DNA from: Podarcis filfolensis | Taxonomy: Eukaryota | Direction: 5' to 3' (one strand) | DNA length: 64,000 bases | Assembly (NCBI GenBank): GCA_964270895.1 | Contig: OZ185440.1 | In this document: positions 62,370 to 64,000 of the stretch, piece after piece | Numbering within the stretch: position 1 is the stretch's first letter | Layout of the letters: each line of letters starts with the position of its first letter | The notes under the pieces: generated by a model | The model's input: the letters and a program-made list of their open reading frames with translations, nothing else | What the model was told of the DNA's origin: nothing | The model's database searches: none | Made by a program: the position numbers and the translations under genes

Positions 62370-62550
62370 GTCACAGAAAGCTGCCTTATACCATGTCAGG
62401 GACTATTTGTCCATCTAGCCCAATATTGTCCAGTAACTGGAGATGACATCAACTGGGACACTTTGTATCTGGTCAGGCATCTGGTCAGCCACCCTGAGAA
62501 CAGGATGCTGGACTAGATGGGTTCTTGGCCTCATCCAGCCTCTTTATGTG
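62370..62550. mobile_element. Squam3-like tail (minus) plus CR1-type tail (plus) fragments
   Basis: gaaagctgccttatacc...gtccatctagccca and gagaacaggatgctggactagatggg...gcct.atccagc. A similar tail lies at about 51800-51883. Confidence 0.55.
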
Positions 62551-63189
62551 TTCTGCTTGTGGGAGATTTAGCAGCCAAACCTAACAATGCATAATCTTGC
62601 TAGATAGCATGCAAAGGGGCTAAAACCACAGAGCTGTCTTGCTGAGAGGCAGAGACTTAGACCATAGAATTGTAATTGGTAGAGAGGGCTCTGTGTGATG
62701 TCATTTCCCTCCTCTCGTGGGAGAGAAGGAGCATACAATAATTTCTTGTTCCTCTCCCTCTTTCTCTTTGACCAGCCACGAGGGCCAACATGCTCGCCAC
62801 GTTCTTCAGCTCATGTACATGCCTGAGACGGTATTTTACCTGCATAGTTTTTACTGCTGCTGTAGCTGAGAACCAATACAAGACTATGAGTATATAAATC
62901 ATATTTTAAAATTACTTCCCAGTCTTTTGTTTGATTCTTTGTTAAGTAGGGTAAAAAAGAGGGGCTTTCCTCACAGCTGGATGTATTTTTTTAAAGGCTT
63001 CTCAACCTATTCCTATGTGCTTCAATTTTGCTGCTAAAAGTGCTGCCCAGATGTGGGCACCTGGAGGAATAAATTGCAATTAATATAGCCTCTCCTACCC
63101 ATTAAAACCCATCCCCCACTGTTGTGCTCTACCACCAACATTCTTCCTTTTGCCAGACACTGAATTAGCATAGCTATTTTCCTAATCCA

Positions 63190-63305
63190 GGAAAGGGGAG
63201 CCTGTGGCCTACTAGATGCCAGTTCTCATCAGCCCTGACCACTGGCCATGATGACTGGGGCTGGTGGAGTCCAACAACATCTGGAGGGCCATAAACTTCC
63301 CATCC
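63190..63305. mobile_element. Degraded palindromic hAT-type MITE
   Basis: catcagccctgaccactggccatg...gtccaacaacatctggagggcca. Confidence 0.6.
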
Positions 63306-64000
63306 AGGACTTTTTTCCCCAGCCGGAACTCACCTTTTTGGTGCATTTTGGCAGCTCTTTTAGTTGGGCAAAAGCTCCACAACTTTTGCTGCTCCCCCTA
63401 AAAAAAGCTCTACAATTCTGGCAGTTTCTCCTTAAAAAAAGCTAAACAACTTTGGCTGCTCAGCAAGTTCCACTGCCTAATTTTCTAGAAAACAAGCCCT
63501 GTTCCCATCCCCTAACTTAATCTGTTCAAAATCTGCTTCCACCATTGTCATCTACATCTGTTCCCCAAGATGTCATCACTGTCAAATCCCTGAAGGTCAT
63601 GTAGTTTAGTTTCCAGAACTATTAAGAAATATAGCCTTAAATGCCTGATAATTAATAAAATTAATCTCTTGGACTGTAGTGAACCAAGAGCTTGTGGGAA
63701 AAGTTATAAAAGCCTAACAAAATCAGGGACTTTGATCCATTCAGAGTTTGCTGGCTAGCACACAGGAATTATATCAAAGGATTCTACTGGACCTGAGAAG
63801 ATGAGTCCACATGTCCTAAAGTGCATTACAGAGGGACATAAAAAAATTCTTGCCAAGTTTCCTTTTTGGTCTCTCTCTCCCCTCCCTTTTTTTGGTCTCA
63901 TTTTGATAACATGTGTCTCTGGAGAGCCTCAGTTGTCAGTGTTAATGGTTTAATCGGCATTGATAGATCCTATTTATGTTAGGAGAGGACTCAGGTGGCT

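Noticed and set aside
1-64000. CRISPR arrays, intact tRNA/rRNA genes, autonomous transposase or retroviral genes
   Set aside because: None seen. All tRNA-like sequences are SINE heads, and the tandem repeats lack unique regularly sized spacers.

Overview
Vertebrate genomic DNA, very probably from a lacertid lizard. This is inferred from POM-type Sauria SINEs, Squam1-like and Squam3-like SINEs, and squamate L2/CR1 tails, all recognised from memory of the family consensus sequences without a database search. The window looks like a large intron or intergenic region. I could not identify any complete protein-coding gene, RNA gene or CRISPR array. The longer ORFs are L2 reverse-transcriptase remnants or of a length expected by chance. 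The best gene evidence is one candidate 75-bp minus-strand coding exon (314-388) with good splice sites and no assignable gene. Much of the window is interspersed repeat: SINEs, L2/CR1/L1-like 3' ends, solo LTRs, hAT-type MITEs with 8-bp TSDs, TA-flanked Tc1/mariner-pogo-type MITEs, and a Penelope-like element remnant. The most notable observations are a pair of degenerate minimal hammerhead ribozyme motifs in the Penelope-like remnant, a three-layer SINE>hAT>LTR nest, a young GC-rich hAT MITE carrying GGGTTAGGG motifs, a CCAAT/TATA-rich solo LTR, two compact hairpins, and several CpG-retaining non-repeat stretches that may be conserved enhancers. I cannot claim a new biological system from the sequence alone.
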